Source: an uncultured Ignavibacteria bacterium | Lineage (GTDB): Bacteria > Zixibacteria > MSB-5A5 > CAIYYT01 | Length of the DNA stretch: 64,000 nucleotides | Direction of reading: 5' to 3' | Assembly (NCBI GenBank): GCA_964552775.1 | Contig: CAZKIH010000001.1 | Coordinates: 195,287-259,286, forward strand | In this document: in pieces, positions 20,432 to 30,835 of the stretch | Layout: every line of letters starts with the position of its first letter | How positions within the stretch are numbered: position 1 is the first letter of the stretch | Made by a program: the position numbers and the translations under genes | The notes under the pieces: generated by a model | Told to the model about the DNA's origin: nothing | What the model saw: the letters and a program-made list of their open reading frames with translations, nothing else | Database searches by the model: none

Positions 20432-21811
20432 TTGTTCAAGAAGATCCTCATCGCCAATCGCGGCGAAATTGCCCTGCGGATCATTCGCGCCTGTCGCGAG
20501 CTGGGCGTCTCTACTGTTGCCGTCTATTCAGAAGCTGACATTGATTCTTTGCATGTGCGTTTTGCCGACGAAGCGGTGTGCATAGGACCGGCTAAATCGG
20601 CTGAGAGTTATCTTGACCCAAAGAGAATCATTGCGGCAGCCGAGATAACTGGTGCCATCGCGATTCACCCCGGTTATGGATTCCTTTCCGAAAATGCAGC
20701 ATTTGCGCAAATTTGCAAAGAGTGCGGCATCACCTTCATTGGCCCGTCACCCGAGGTGATTCGCCTGATGGGCGACAAAGTCCAGGCGAAACAAACGATG
20801 ATCAAGGCGGGCGTTCCCGTGGTTCCAGGTAGCGATGGCGGTGTTCCGGATATCGAAGAAGCCTTGAAGGTCATTGGGCAGATTGGATATCCAGTAATTC
20901 TCAAGGCAGCGGCCGGGGGTGGCGGTCGCGGTATGCGAATTGTCAGACAAGCCTCAGAACTGGAGCCGGCATTTCGTACCGCCCAGATGGAGGCACAAGC
21001 TGCTTTCAATAATCCCGAAATATACATCGAGCGCTTTGTCGATCGACCCCGGCACGTCGAGTTCCAGATTCTCGCTGATAACCACGGAAATGTGATCCAC
21101 TTGGGTGAGCGCGACTGCACGGTCCAAAGGCGGCACCAGAAGCTGATTGAGGAGTCGCCATCTCCCGTAATGACTACCGAACTGAGGCAGCAGATGGGCT
21201 CAGCGGCAGTTAAAGGCGCCAAGTTTGCAGGCTATCAGAACGCCGGAACTATCGAGTTCCTGGTAGATGGCACTGGTAAATACTATTTCATGGAAATGAA
21301 CACGCGCGTCCAAGTCGAGCATCCAGTGACCGAAGAGGTAACGGATATCGACATCATCGTTGAGCAGCTTCGAATCGCGGGCGGGGAAAAACTCTCCTTC
21401 ACCCAAGAACAGGTGATATTCTCCGGATACGCTATTGAATGCCGCATAAATGCAGAAAATCCACTGAAGAATTTTGCACCGTCTCCGGGGTTGATTACGT
21501 CATTTCATGTACCTGGTGGACACGGAGTCAGGGTGGACACGCACGCCTATGCCAAGTATGTGGTACCGCCGCATTACGACTCTATGATTGCCAAGCTGAT
21601 CGTGAAAGATAAGAATCGCGCTGACGGACTGCGGAAGATGCTGCGGGCGCTCGACGAATTCGTCGTTGAGGGCATCTTCACTACCATCGATTTTCAGAAA
21701 AAGATCATAGCAGACCCGATATTTCAAGCGGGAGTATTTGACACAAGTTTCGTAGAAGATTATTTTAGGCGCACCAATGAAGGGGCGCAGAACAAAGATA
21801 AAGTTGTTTAG
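20432..21811 (+). CDS. accC: acetyl-CoA carboxylase biotin carboxylase subunit
   Basis: Begins [24 protein letters not shown], followed by ATP-grasp motifs and [14 protein letters not shown]. Probable TTG start at 20432 with an AGGAG RBS, rather than the 20354 track start. Confidence 0.9.
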   Translation: MFKKILIANRGEIALRIIRACRELGVSTVAVYSEADIDSLHVRFADEAVCIGPAKSAESYLDPKRIIAAAEITGAIAIHPGYGFLSENAAFAQICKECGITFIGPSPEVIRLMGDKVQAKQTMIKAGVPVVPGSDGGVPDIEEALKVIGQIGYPVILKAAAGGGGRGMRIVRQASELEPAFRTAQMEAQAAFNNPEIYIERFVDRPRHVEFQILADNHGNVIHLGERDCTVQRRHQKLIEESPSPVMTTELRQQMGSAAVKGAKFAGYQNAGTIEFLVDGTGKYYFMEMNTRVQVEHPVTEEVTDIDIIVEQLRIAGGEKLSFTQEQVIFSGYAIECRINAENPLKNFAPSPGLITSFHVPGGHGVRVDTHAYAKYVVPPHYDSMIAKLIVKDKNRADGLRKMLRALDEFVVEGIFTTIDFQKKIIADPIFQAGVFDTSFVEDYFRRTNEGAQNKDKVV

Positions 21812-21823
21812 TCTGGAGGAGCC

Positions 21824-22204
21824 ATGGTTGTCCCGGAAGGCCTGAAGTATACAAAAGAACATGAATGGATCAAGGTAGAGGGTGGTGTTGCGACGATCGG
21901 CATTACCGATTTCGCACAGGGCGAACTTGGCGACATCGTCTTCGTGGAATTGCCCAAAATCGGGCAGACTCTCAAGCAGATGCAGGCATTTGGCACTATT
22001 GAGGCTGTCAAGGCGGTCAGTGAACTCTACGCTCCGGTGTCAGGAATTGTAAAAGAAATAAACAAGAACCTGGAAGCGGATTCTTCTGTTATTAACAAGG
22101 ACCCCTACGGCGCCGGGTGGATGATAAAGGTTGAGAATTTTCCCGCCGCAGAAATCAATGCTTTGCTTGACCCGTCTGCGTATAAGAAATTGTTAGAGGA
22201 TTAA
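21824..22204 (+). CDS. gcvH: glycine cleavage system H protein
   Basis: 126 aa with YTKEHEWIKVEGGVATIGITDFAQ and the lipoyl-lysine motif IEAVKAVSELYAPVSG. Confidence 0.9.
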   Translation: MVVPEGLKYTKEHEWIKVEGGVATIGITDFAQGELGDIVFVELPKIGQTLKQMQAFGTIEAVKAVSELYAPVSGIVKEINKNLEADSSVINKDPYGAGWMIKVENFPAAEINALLDPSAYKKLLED

Positions 22205-22205
22205 T

Positions 22206-23561
22206 ATGACCTATGTTCCCCATTCCGATGACGAGCGACAGGAATTGCTGCGATCGATCGGAGTTAGCCGGTTTGAGGAATTGTTGAAGGGCGTCCCGGG
22301 GTCAGTGAGACTTACGGGCAGGTTAAATCTTCCGCGCGCTCTTTCCGAGTTTGAGACTCTCAAGATCCTCGATTCTCTGGCTGCCCGCAACCAAATCGGC
22401 CCGGAATACTCGAACTTCATGGGCTGTGGTGCTTATGATCACTATATCCCATCTGTAGTGGGTCACTTGGTCGATCGTTCCGAGTTCAAAACCGCCTACA
22501 CTCCATACCAGGCAGAAGTTGCCCAGGGAACGCTGCAGGTGATTTACGAGTTCCAATCGTTGATTTGTCGACTGACCGGGTTGGAAGCGGCGAATGCGTC
22601 CCTCTATGACGGCGGTTCCGCAACAGCTGAGGCGGTATTGCTTGCATTGGGTGCGACCAAACGTCGCAAGATCGTTATATCCAAGCTTGTGCATCCGCAT
22701 TACGTGGACTGTGTGAGAATCTATCTCGGCGGGAAAGATTTTGAAGTCGTCATGGTAGATCATGACAAAGGCAATGTCGATCTGGACGATTTGGGCCGCA
22801 AGATTCCTGATGCTGCCTGCTTTGTCTTTCAGAATCCAAACTTCTACGGTTATATCGAGCCTACGGAACAACTGCCCCAGATTGTCAAGGATGCCGGCGC
22901 ATTGTTGATTGCGGTGACATCGCCAATTTCATTGGCATATTTGAAAGCGCCATCGGAGTATGATGCTGACATAGCGGTAGGAGAGGGACAGTCGCTCGGC
23001 AATAGTCTCATGTTTGGCGGACCGTATTTTGGCTATTTCGCCACCAAGAAGCAGTATTTGCGTCAGATGCCTGGCCGTTTGGCCGCAATGACGAAGGACC
23101 GCCATGGGAGGCGCGGCTATTGCCTGACGCTGCAGACGCGCGAGCAGCATATACGTCGCGACAAGGCGACTTCAAACATTTGCACGAACCAGGCGCTGTG
23201 CGCGCTGGCTGGCACGATCTATATGGCGACGATGGGCAAGGAGGGATTGAAGGAAGTAGCTCGCTTGTGTGTAAACAAGGCGCACTATCTCAAAGATGCG
23301 CTGAATTCAATTGACGGGGTGTCAATCGCGTTTGATCGACCGTTTTTCATGGAATTCCCGCTGCGTACACAAGAGCGCTCGCGAGACGTCTTTGATCAAC
23401 TGGTGCGAAAGAAGATTTTTGCGGGTGTACCCACTTCCCGATTTCTCTGGGACGAGGATTTCCTGATTGTCTGCGCCACGGAAACACGCACGAAGACTGA
23501 GATGGATAGCTACCGACACGCGCTAAAAGAGGTGATGGTGAAAGATGCCGTTCTGCCCTAA
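22206..23561 (+). CDS. gcvPA: glycine dehydrogenase (decarboxylating) subunit 1
   Basis: 451 aa, typical N-terminal half of split P-protein (YIPSVVGHL, YTPYQAEVAQGTLQ). Confidence 0.9.
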   Translation: MTYVPHSDDERQELLRSIGVSRFEELLKGVPGSVRLTGRLNLPRALSEFETLKILDSLAARNQIGPEYSNFMGCGAYDHYIPSVVGHLVDRSEFKTAYTPYQAEVAQGTLQVIYEFQSLICRLTGLEAANASLYDGGSATAEAVLLALGATKRRKIVISKLVHPHYVDCVRIYLGGKDFEVVMVDHDKGNVDLDDLGRKIPDAACFVFQNPNFYGYIEPTEQLPQIVKDAGALLIAVTSPISLAYLKAPSEYDADIAVGEGQSLGNSLMFGGPYFGYFATKKQYLRQMPGRLAAMTKDRHGRRGYCLTLQTREQHIRRDKATSNICTNQALCALAGTIYMATMGKEGLKEVARLCVNKAHYLKDALNSIDGVSIAFDRPFFMEFPLRTQERSRDVFDQLVRKKIFAGVPTSRFLWDEDFLIVCATETRTKTEMDSYRHALKEVMVKDAVLP

Positions 23562-23919
23562 TTGTGAAACGGAATATAAAGGACACGTTTCGGTGTGTCC
23601 CGAGTGCGGTGAGCATTTGATCGAGATGACCGAAGATGAAGAACTGGAAGAAGAATTCGACGAGGAGGAAGGCGAGCAGATACTGCTTTACCGCTCCCCA
23701 AGCCCGGAATTGACCGATGAGCTGACCGATGCCTTGCGCGACGCGGGAATCACCTTTGATTTTCGCCCCGTCGAAAGCAAGGGCCGCACGGGCAGCGTTA
23801 AGTCGATGTACCGGGGGCAAAACATTGACGGCGAATTTTATGTAGGTGAAGATGATTACGATGCGGCCAAGGAAATTGCCGAATCAATCATCGGCGATAT
23901 TGAGGAAGATATCGCTTAG
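23545..23919 (+). CDS. small acidic protein with N-terminal zinc-ribbon (CPNC...CPEC) and DUF2007-like domain
   Basis: 124 aa; overlaps the end of gcvPA by 17 nt. Confidence 0.55.
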   Translation: MPFCPNCETEYKGHVSVCPECGEHLIEMTEDEELEEEFDEEEGEQILLYRSPSPELTDELTDALRDAGITFDFRPVESKGRTGSVKSMYRGQNIDGEFYVGEDDYDAAKEIAESIIGDIEEDIA

Positions 23920-23962
23920 GCTGTAATCCACTGTAGTACTCTCCATCAACAGAGGGTTTTGT

Positions 23963-24391
23963 ATGGCAAAATCTAAAGGCAAGCGAACTGATGAAGAGCG
24001 CTTGAGCAAGGCGCCCAGAACGAAGAAGGGCAATTCTGAGCCACGCACCAGTCAAGAACAGCAGGAGATGGACGACTCCGATTCAATTCTGCTCTTGAAG
24101 ACGGACAACTATTTGCAGGCGCAATTCCTGATTGGCGCACTCGAGGAAGAGGAGATTCCGTTCGTTGCGAAACGATTGAGCTCTTCGGATCCAATGCGCG
24201 GAGCAATTACGCACGTCGCTTACGATGCTCCCGGCGCGGCCGAGATCTATGTTAGTGCTGAAGACTATGATCGTGCCAAGGACCTGTTGGAATCGCTCGA
24301 AGGCGATGGTATCGCAAATTTCGATGAGGACGAGGACGAAGAGGAAGATGAGGCGGAGGATTTCTTCAATGAAGACGATGACGAAAGGTAA
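23963..24391 (+). CDS. DUF2007-like protein with acidic C-terminal tail
   Basis: LLLKTDNYLQAQFLIGALEEEEIPF...YVSAEDYDRAKDLLESLEG, followed by an Asp/Glu-rich tail. Confidence 0.55.
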   Translation: MAKSKGKRTDEERLSKAPRTKKGNSEPRTSQEQQEMDDSDSILLLKTDNYLQAQFLIGALEEEEIPFVAKRLSSSDPMRGAITHVAYDAPGAAEIYVSAEDYDRAKDLLESLEGDGIANFDEDEDEEEDEAEDFFNEDDDER

Positions 24392-24394
24392 ACG

Positions 24395-25231
24395 ATGAAG
24401 GGTCTGATGTCCATAGCCATTGCGTTGCTGCTGTGTGCCCCGGCACTGGCAACGCAGAAAATCGGCGATCTGGTGTTCCAGACCGATTTTGATTCTCTGA
24501 TGCAGACTGCTCATGAGCAGAAGCAGCCTGTCCTGATCAAATTTTACACCGATTGGTGAAAGTGGTGCAAGGTGATGGCGGACTCAACTCTGCCGGATGC
24601 CTATGTTCAGAAGTTTCTGAAGAATTTTGCACTGGCTAAGATAAACGCTGAGGTTGATACGATTACTGCTGCCCGTTTCGGCGTGAGGAGTTATCCGACT
24701 ACACTGCTTCTGAACCTCAAGGGGCAGGAGATCGATCGCATGGTAGGATACTTTCCACCCGAGGACTTCGTCGCAAGCATCACCAGCGCCCTGGCGGGAA
24801 TCGGTACGCTCGATGACCTGTTACTTCAGGCCGCAAGCGCACCTGGAGTTGATATCTATTATGAGATCGGGCAGAAGTATCGATGGCGCGGCGACTATGA
24901 TCAAGCAGCATACTATTTCGGCAAGATCATGGCAATGGACCCGGCCAATGAGAAAGGCAAGTCAGCTGAATGCGCGTACAATCTCGCGCACATGAAGTAC
25001 AAACTCAAGGACTACATCGGAGCTGTCAGTCTGTGGAAAAGAATGATCGAGACGTACCCTACTGATCCTATCAGTGTCGACGCAGAGTTAATGGCGGCAT
25101 TTTCCCATCAGAAGGCCGGTGATTTCATGAATGCCAGGAGAGAATACAACGCCTTTTTGCAAAAGTATCCTGATACAGAAGAAAAAGAGTGGATTGCAGA
25201 GCAATTCGCTGAGATGAACAAAAAGAAGTAG
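24395..25231 (+). CDS. periplasmic thioredoxin-like (DsbD-gamma/TlpA-like) + TPR protein with in-frame TGA at 24557..24559; putative selenoprotein with a UxxC redox motif
   Basis: ATG at 24395 and signal peptide MKGLMSIAIALLLCAPALA. The sequence reads ...VLIKFYTDW-TGA-KWCKVM..., continuing in frame into the track ORF 24572..25231 (TPR-like C-terminus). The TGA replaces the first Cys of the thioredoxin CxxC motif. Confidence 0.6.
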
Positions 25232-25236
25232 GACTT

Positions 25237-26694
25237 ATGAACTATAACGATGGCGCGACAATCTTTGAGACATCGAGACCGGGGCAGAAGGGATACACAC
25301 TTCCTGTGTGTGACGTTCCCGAACTGTCGCTGGAGGCGACTCTGGGCAAGGCGAACATGCGTTCGCATGATGCTGCTCTGCCTGAGGTTGCGGAGAACCA
25401 AGTCGTGCGACATTACATTCGCTTGTCAACTTTGAACCATCATATCGACAAGGCAATCTATCCGCTCGGTAGCTGTACCATGAAGTACAACCCAAAGGTT
25501 AACGAGAAAGCGGTCTCGAATCCGGGCTGGACACAGCTGCATCCGTTCCAGCCTGCGCGCACGGCCCAAGGCTCTCTGGAATTGATGTACAACTTAGGTC
25601 GTATGCTGGCCGAGATTTCGGGGATGCATGAGGTCTGCCTTCAGCCGACGTCCGGAGCTCAGGGTGAGTTCTGCGGCATACAGCTCGCAAAGGCCTATTT
25701 CAAGCACAAAGGTGAAAATCGCCACAAAGTGCTCCTCCCTGACTCCGCTCACGGTACTAATCCGGCCTCCGTGATGATGTCCGGTTGGCAACCGTTGGAA
25801 CTCAAGTCGAGCGAGGACGGTATTCTCGATCCGCAGACGCTGGAAGCTGCGCTTGACGATGAAGTGTCCATGATCATGCTTACCAACCCGAACACCGTTG
25901 GGTTGTTTGAGCGAGAGATTCTCCGGGTTGCCGAGCTGGCGCATGCCAAGGGTGCGCTGGTCTATATGGACGGTGCGAATCTGAATGCTCTCATGGGTAT
26001 AGTGCGTCCCGGCGATATGGGATTCGACATGTTGCACATCAATCTGCACAAGACATTTAGCACCCCGCACGGCGGCGGTGGACCGGGTGGTGGCGCGGTT
26101 GGAGTAAAGGACTTCCTATCACCGTATCTTCCGATTCCGGTCGTCAGCCGTGATGAAAAGCAGTACTACTTCGATTACGATCGGCCATTGACGATCGGCC
26201 GAATGCACTCATTCTATGGGAATTTCGGATCGATGGTCCGTGCCTATACGTACATTTTGATGAACGGCGCGGAAGGGCTGCGCAACATCTCGGAAACGGC
26301 AATCATCAATGCAAATTATCTCCTGAAGCTGTTACGTCCCAAATATAAAGTAGCCTACGATCACGTTTGTCAGCATGAGTTTGTCTTGTCAGGAGACTAC
26401 CAGAAGAAACTGGGAGTCAAGGTGACCGATATCGCCAAGCGAATGCTTGACTACGGAGTGCATGCACCGACAACTTACTTTCCGCTCATTGTCAGTGAGG
26501 CGCTGATGATCGAGCCGACAGAGACCGAGAGCAAAGAATCACTTGACTACCTTGCCAACGTAATGCTCAAGATCGCGGAAGAGATTGAAACCAATCCCGA
26601 AATCGTTAAGAACGCACCGCACACGACGCCGGTATCGCGTCTGGACGAGGTCGGGGCAGCAAGAGAACTCAATATCTGCTTCCCAATGGCATAA
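25237..26694 (+). CDS. gcvPB: glycine dehydrogenase (decarboxylating) subunit 2
   Basis: 485 aa with a PLP-dependent fold; HINLHKTFSTPHGGGGPG contains the PLP lysine region. Confidence 0.9.
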   Translation: MNYNDGATIFETSRPGQKGYTLPVCDVPELSLEATLGKANMRSHDAALPEVAENQVVRHYIRLSTLNHHIDKAIYPLGSCTMKYNPKVNEKAVSNPGWTQLHPFQPARTAQGSLELMYNLGRMLAEISGMHEVCLQPTSGAQGEFCGIQLAKAYFKHKGENRHKVLLPDSAHGTNPASVMMSGWQPLELKSSEDGILDPQTLEAALDDEVSMIMLTNPNTVGLFEREILRVAELAHAKGALVYMDGANLNALMGIVRPGDMGFDMLHINLHKTFSTPHGGGGPGGGAVGVKDFLSPYLPIPVVSRDEKQYYFDYDRPLTIGRMHSFYGNFGSMVRAYTYILMNGAEGLRNISETAIINANYLLKLLRPKYKVAYDHVCQHEFVLSGDYQKKLGVKVTDIAKRMLDYGVHAPTTYFPLIVSEALMIEPTETESKESLDYLANVMLKIAEEIETNPEIVKNAPHTTPVSRLDEVGAARELNICFPMA

Positions 26695-26716
26695 GCAGGC
26701 ACGCGATAGGTTGCGA

Positions 26717-26751
26717 TAGGGGCGGTCCAAAAGGATCGCCCCTATTTCTTT
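26717..26751 (+). terminator. hairpin plus T-run after gcvPB
   Basis: taggggcg...cgccccta followed by tttcttt. Confidence 0.4.
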
Positions 26752-26938
26752 AGGTTAAAGCCATCATACGCCTCTGGACGAGCCGGACGCACCCATGGAT
26801 TTCAAGTCACGAAGTCTCCATTGTCGAACCATCTAATCCACAAAATCAGTTGCGCGGTTCTTGTGGATAAGCTTAATTTCTGGCGACAAACTGCAGACTT
26901 CGTATGACACCGATCGATCGTCACGGCCGTCAGTGTAA

Positions 26939-28567
26939 TTGATAAGGAAAATGCCAATGAAAGTTACCTCACACGGAAGCAGTAAGACACTTGAAGAACT
27001 TGGACTGCACAATCTCGGAAATGTCTATTGGAATGCGACGACGCCACAGCTTTATGAAGAAGTCGTGCATCGTCACGAAGGATATATCGCCCATCATGGA
27101 GCGCTGGTGTGTCGTACCGGACAGCACACCGGGCGCTCACCTAATGACAAGTTCATCGTAAAGGATTCAATTTCGGCTGACAAAGTCTGGTGGGGCGAGG
27201 TCAACAAGAGTTTTGACGCCGAGCGCTTCCATACCTTGTTTCATCGCCTTCAGGCATACCTTCAAGGCAAGGACATTTTCGTTCAGGATTGTCATGCCGG
27301 CGCAGATATGAAATTCCGCGTGCCGATACGCGTAATCACGGAAGACGCCTGGCAGTCGATCTTTGCCCGCAATATGTTCCGCCAGATTCACGATCCGGGT
27401 GAACGCGGTGCACACGTTCCGGAATTCACGATTCTGGCGGTACCGCGTTTTCGCGCCATGCCCGAATTCGACGGAACACGCAGCGAGGCCTTCGTCATTC
27501 TTAACTTTGAGAAGAAGCTGGTGTTAATTGGCGGGACTGCCTATGCCGGAGAAATCAAGAAATCGGTGTTCACAATTCTGAACTATCTGCTTCCTCACAA
27601 CGGCGTGATGCCGATGCATTGCTCGGCTAATATCGGGAAGGGCGGTGATTCGGCCTTGTTTTTCGGACTATCAGGAACCGGCAAGACGACCCTGTCGGCT
27701 GATCCGGACCGGCTTTTGATCGGCGATGATGAGCACGGCTGGTCGGACACCGGCGTATTCAATTTCGAAGGCGGCTGTTATGCCAAAGTTGTGAAGCTTT
27801 CCGCAGAGAATGAGCCGGAGATTTACTCGGCTACTCGCAGGTTCGGAACGATCTTGGAGAATGTCGGATTCGACATCGACACTCGCCAAGTCGATCTGAA
27901 CGACGTCTCACTCACAGAAAACACCCGTGCAGCTTATCCGCTAAGTCATATCAGCAACTCCGTGGCGTCTGGCGTCGGTGGGCATCCGAAGACTATCGTC
28001 ATGCTGACTTGCGACGCATTTGGAGTCTTACCACCTGTGGCACGACTGACGCCGGAGCAGGCCAGTTACCAGTTCATTTCCGGCTATACGGCCAAGGTCG
28101 CCGGTACCGAGATGGGAATGGGTAACGAGCCGAAAGCAACATTCAGTACCTGCTTTGGTGCACCATTTATGGCGCTGCCGCCATCGGTGTATAGTTCGCT
28201 GCTAAGAGAGAAAATAGCCAAGCACAAGGTTTCCTGTTGGTTGGTCAATACCGGCTGGAGTGGCGGCGGGTTTGGCGTCGGCAAACGAATCAGTCTCCCT
28301 CACACGCGGGCAATTATCCATGCGGTATTGTCGGGGGAACTGGATAAAGCGCCGATGGTGCTCGATCCGATCTTCGGAATCAGCGTTCCGCAAAATTGTC
28401 CGGATGTACCGAAGGAGATTCTCAATCCACGCAATACCTGGCAGGACAAAGCGGGATTTGACAAGCAAGCTCAAGCGCTGGCTGTGATGTTTCACAAGAA
28501 TTTCACCAAGTTTATTGAAGGTGTTCCGGAAGAGATCAAGGCGGCTGGTCCAACCTACAAGGGTTAG
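26939..28567 (+). CDS. pckA: phosphoenolpyruvate carboxykinase (ATP)
   Basis: 542 aa with the kinase-1a motif GLSGTGKTTLS and PCK signatures. The start could also be the ATG at 26957. Confidence 0.9.
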   Translation: MIRKMPMKVTSHGSSKTLEELGLHNLGNVYWNATTPQLYEEVVHRHEGYIAHHGALVCRTGQHTGRSPNDKFIVKDSISADKVWWGEVNKSFDAERFHTLFHRLQAYLQGKDIFVQDCHAGADMKFRVPIRVITEDAWQSIFARNMFRQIHDPGERGAHVPEFTILAVPRFRAMPEFDGTRSEAFVILNFEKKLVLIGGTAYAGEIKKSVFTILNYLLPHNGVMPMHCSANIGKGGDSALFFGLSGTGKTTLSADPDRLLIGDDEHGWSDTGVFNFEGGCYAKVVKLSAENEPEIYSATRRFGTILENVGFDIDTRQVDLNDVSLTENTRAAYPLSHISNSVASGVGGHPKTIVMLTCDAFGVLPPVARLTPEQASYQFISGYTAKVAGTEMGMGNEPKATFSTCFGAPFMALPPSVYSSLLREKIAKHKVSCWLVNTGWSGGGFGVGKRISLPHTRAIIHAVLSGELDKAPMVLDPIFGISVPQNCPDVPKEILNPRNTWQDKAGFDKQAQALAVMFHKNFTKFIEGVPEEIKAAGPTYKG

Positions 28568-28591
28568 TGCCCAATATCAGCAAGATGATGC

Positions 28592-28620
28592 AAGGCGGGA
28601 CTTCACCCGCCTTCTTTGTC
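28592..28620 (+). terminator. hairpin plus T-rich tail after pckA
   Basis: aaggcggg-acttcac-cccgcctt followed by ctttgtc. Confidence 0.4.
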
Positions 28621-28652
28621 TACGGACACGAGACTGCGGAGCTCGAACTCAA

Positions 28653-30608
28653 CTACTGGCCGAGCCGCCGGGATGAGTAGAGTCGGTATGCCGTTTCGTA
28701 GTAGGCAACGGCGTCAAGGAACAGCGAAGAATCGGCCATCATTGGCAGTTGCGTGAACTCACCGCTGGTGGGGTTGCGATCCCACAATCCGTTTTCCATC
28801 AGAATTCCCAGGACGGCAAGTCGGTTGTTTCTCAGCAAGGCAACGTCCCGATTGTGCGACAATAGAGCAAAGTTCTGCCCTTGTTGAACCTTGAAGAGTG
28901 AGCGGCCGAAGAACTTGCTGGAGTAGCTCAGATTGAGCGTGTCGAGCAAGGTCGGCGCCAAGTCCATCTGCGAACCAAGCACTTCGACACGTTGCCCCGG
29001 CGGAATCAGCGCCGGGCAGTAGAAGAGAATCGGAATTTCGTAGGAGTCCATTGGTATTTGCTGCCAACCGTAGACACGTGCGCCGTGATCACCGAGGAAG
29101 ACAAAGATCGTGCTGTCAAAGAACTCGTGCGATTGTGCTTTACGCACGAATTCACCGATGGCAAAGTCAGCGTAGCGGACGGCGTGAATTCGATCCTGCT
29201 TCTTCGGATCATATGGAATCTTGCCCTCTGGATACAGGTACGGTTTATGATTGGATACCGTTATGATCGTCGCGAAGAATGGTCTGCCTTCGGAATGCAG
29301 AGAATCAAATGTATGCAAGCTATTGTCGAAGAGATCACCATCGCAAACGCCCCAGATGGTCTCAAAGGTCACATTTGAAAAATCGGTTTGATCGATGATC
29401 TGGTCAAAACTGTTGTGTGAGGCAAATTGCTGAAAGTTGTCGAAGTATGATCGCCCACCATAGAGAAACACCGTTTGATAGCCCATTGATTTGAGTACCG
29501 AAGGAAGGCTAAAGAGATTTTCGTTGAGAGGTCTCTTCACTATCGATTGGCCGGGAATTGGGGGAAAACTCAAAAGGCTGGCCTCAACGCCACGCACGGT
29601 GCGATTGCCGGTCGCATAGATTCGTGTGAAGAGGAGCCCTTCCGATACGAGCGAATCAAAATGCGGAGTACAAGCAGGTCCTTCCGGATGAAGGCTTCCA
29701 ACAAAGACTGAGCCAAAACTCTCCTCAAGAACAAGTACAATGTTGAGACTTCGCGGAGTTCCGCTGTCCGTGATTTGGCGGGTGATATTCATGCTGTCGA
29801 TCGGATCCGAAAAGACTGCGTCTGAAGTCATAATCTGGGAGCGGAGACGAGTCACTGCATCGCGATCGTCGATGCGCGAGTAATATATGTCGTAGTCGAG
29901 ATGATTGGTGACTGCCGCATAGAAGAATGAGTAGATGCCGTTTGAAGATATCTCGTTGAGGACTCGATTGTCGGAAATCCGGGAAAGATTGATGTTCAGC
30001 AAAAAATAACCGAGGGCAACGACAGCCACGTAGACGCCGAGCAGTCTAAGCCGTGATTTTACCGACTTGGTCGCGGACAATGCCCGGCGCAGACGCGGGG
30101 CAAGGAGCCACGTTGTAACAAACGACGCGACAAATACTGCAATCAAGACTTCCAGAACCGGATAGGAATCCCAGATATTCACGAAAACTTCATGAGGATA
30201 GAGCAGATAGTCGACAGCTATGTAATTGAAGCGTGAATTGAATTCATCGAAGAAGAACAACTCCACTATTCCAAGGTAGATACCTCCGTATGTGAACAAG
30301 AAGAATCCTCCGATTAGGAGCCACTGCATCGGGCGCCAGTTGAGTAAGCGCCACGGCGACAAAGTCAGAACAATCGCAAAGAGAAATGTTATGCAGAACG
30401 CTATGAAGATATCAAACGGTATACCCGCTACCCAAGAAACGGGCACCAGCCACCACACGGAAGAGATTTGCGACCAATAGATGACCGTCAACGCTGCTCG
30501 AGTCAGAAGGGACACAACCAGTATGAGCAAGATCGCGATCTTCAACTCGCTCCATGGTTCGGTCGTGTGCCATGATCGTATCTTGTGAATCACTTTCAAC
30601 CTCAACAT
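28653..30608 (-). CDS. LTA synthase / phosphoglycerol transferase family protein (sulfatase-like alkaline phosphatase superfamily, membrane-anchored)
   Basis: About 5 N-terminal TM helices, then an extracytoplasmic sulfatase-like domain with VFLGDHGARVYG and SNHKPY-type motifs. Confidence 0.8.
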   Translation of the reverse strand: MLRLKVIHKIRSWHTTEPWSELKIAILLILVVSLLTRAALTVIYWSQISSVWWLVPVSWVAGIPFDIFIAFCITFLFAIVLTLSPWRLLNWRPMQWLLIGGFFLFTYGGIYLGIVELFFFDEFNSRFNYIAVDYLLYPHEVFVNIWDSYPVLEVLIAVFVASFVTTWLLAPRLRRALSATKSVKSRLRLLGVYVAVVALGYFLLNINLSRISDNRVLNEISSNGIYSFFYAAVTNHLDYDIYYSRIDDRDAVTRLRSQIMTSDAVFSDPIDSMNITRQITDSGTPRSLNIVLVLEESFGSVFVGSLHPEGPACTPHFDSLVSEGLLFTRIYATGNRTVRGVEASLLSFPPIPGQSIVKRPLNENLFSLPSVLKSMGYQTVFLYGGRSYFDNFQQFASHNSFDQIIDQTDFSNVTFETIWGVCDGDLFDNSLHTFDSLHSEGRPFFATIITVSNHKPYLYPEGKIPYDPKKQDRIHAVRYADFAIGEFVRKAQSHEFFDSTIFVFLGDHGARVYGWQQIPMDSYEIPILFYCPALIPPGQRVEVLGSQMDLAPTLLDTLNLSYSSKFFGRSLFKVQQGQNFALLSHNRDVALLRNNRLAVLGILMENGLWDRNPTSGEFTQLPMMADSSLFLDAVAYYETAYRLYSSRRLGQ

Positions 30609-30835
30609 CTACGCCTCATCAACCAGAAAGGGGATTTCAGTATATAGCTAATCACAACAATTTCGAATACAAAAGGATTGTGGCCGGGGCTTGGGACCGA
30701 TATCGCCCATCAGACGAAGGGAACAAATCACACGGAAGCCCGTTATCAGTGATTAACTGAAGCCGGTCTATCGATCAGGTTCGATTAGATGTGAACAAGC
30801 AAGATTGACCCGTAGGTCTGACACGAGGAGAACTA

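Noticed and set aside
24560-24620. Tried to fold a SECIS hairpin by eye downstream of the Trx TGA (candidate GGCGG-actcaact-CTGCC with a G-U pair).
   Set aside because: The stem is short and imperfect and I cannot confirm a canonical bacterial SECIS without computation; it is reported as something to test, not as a feature.
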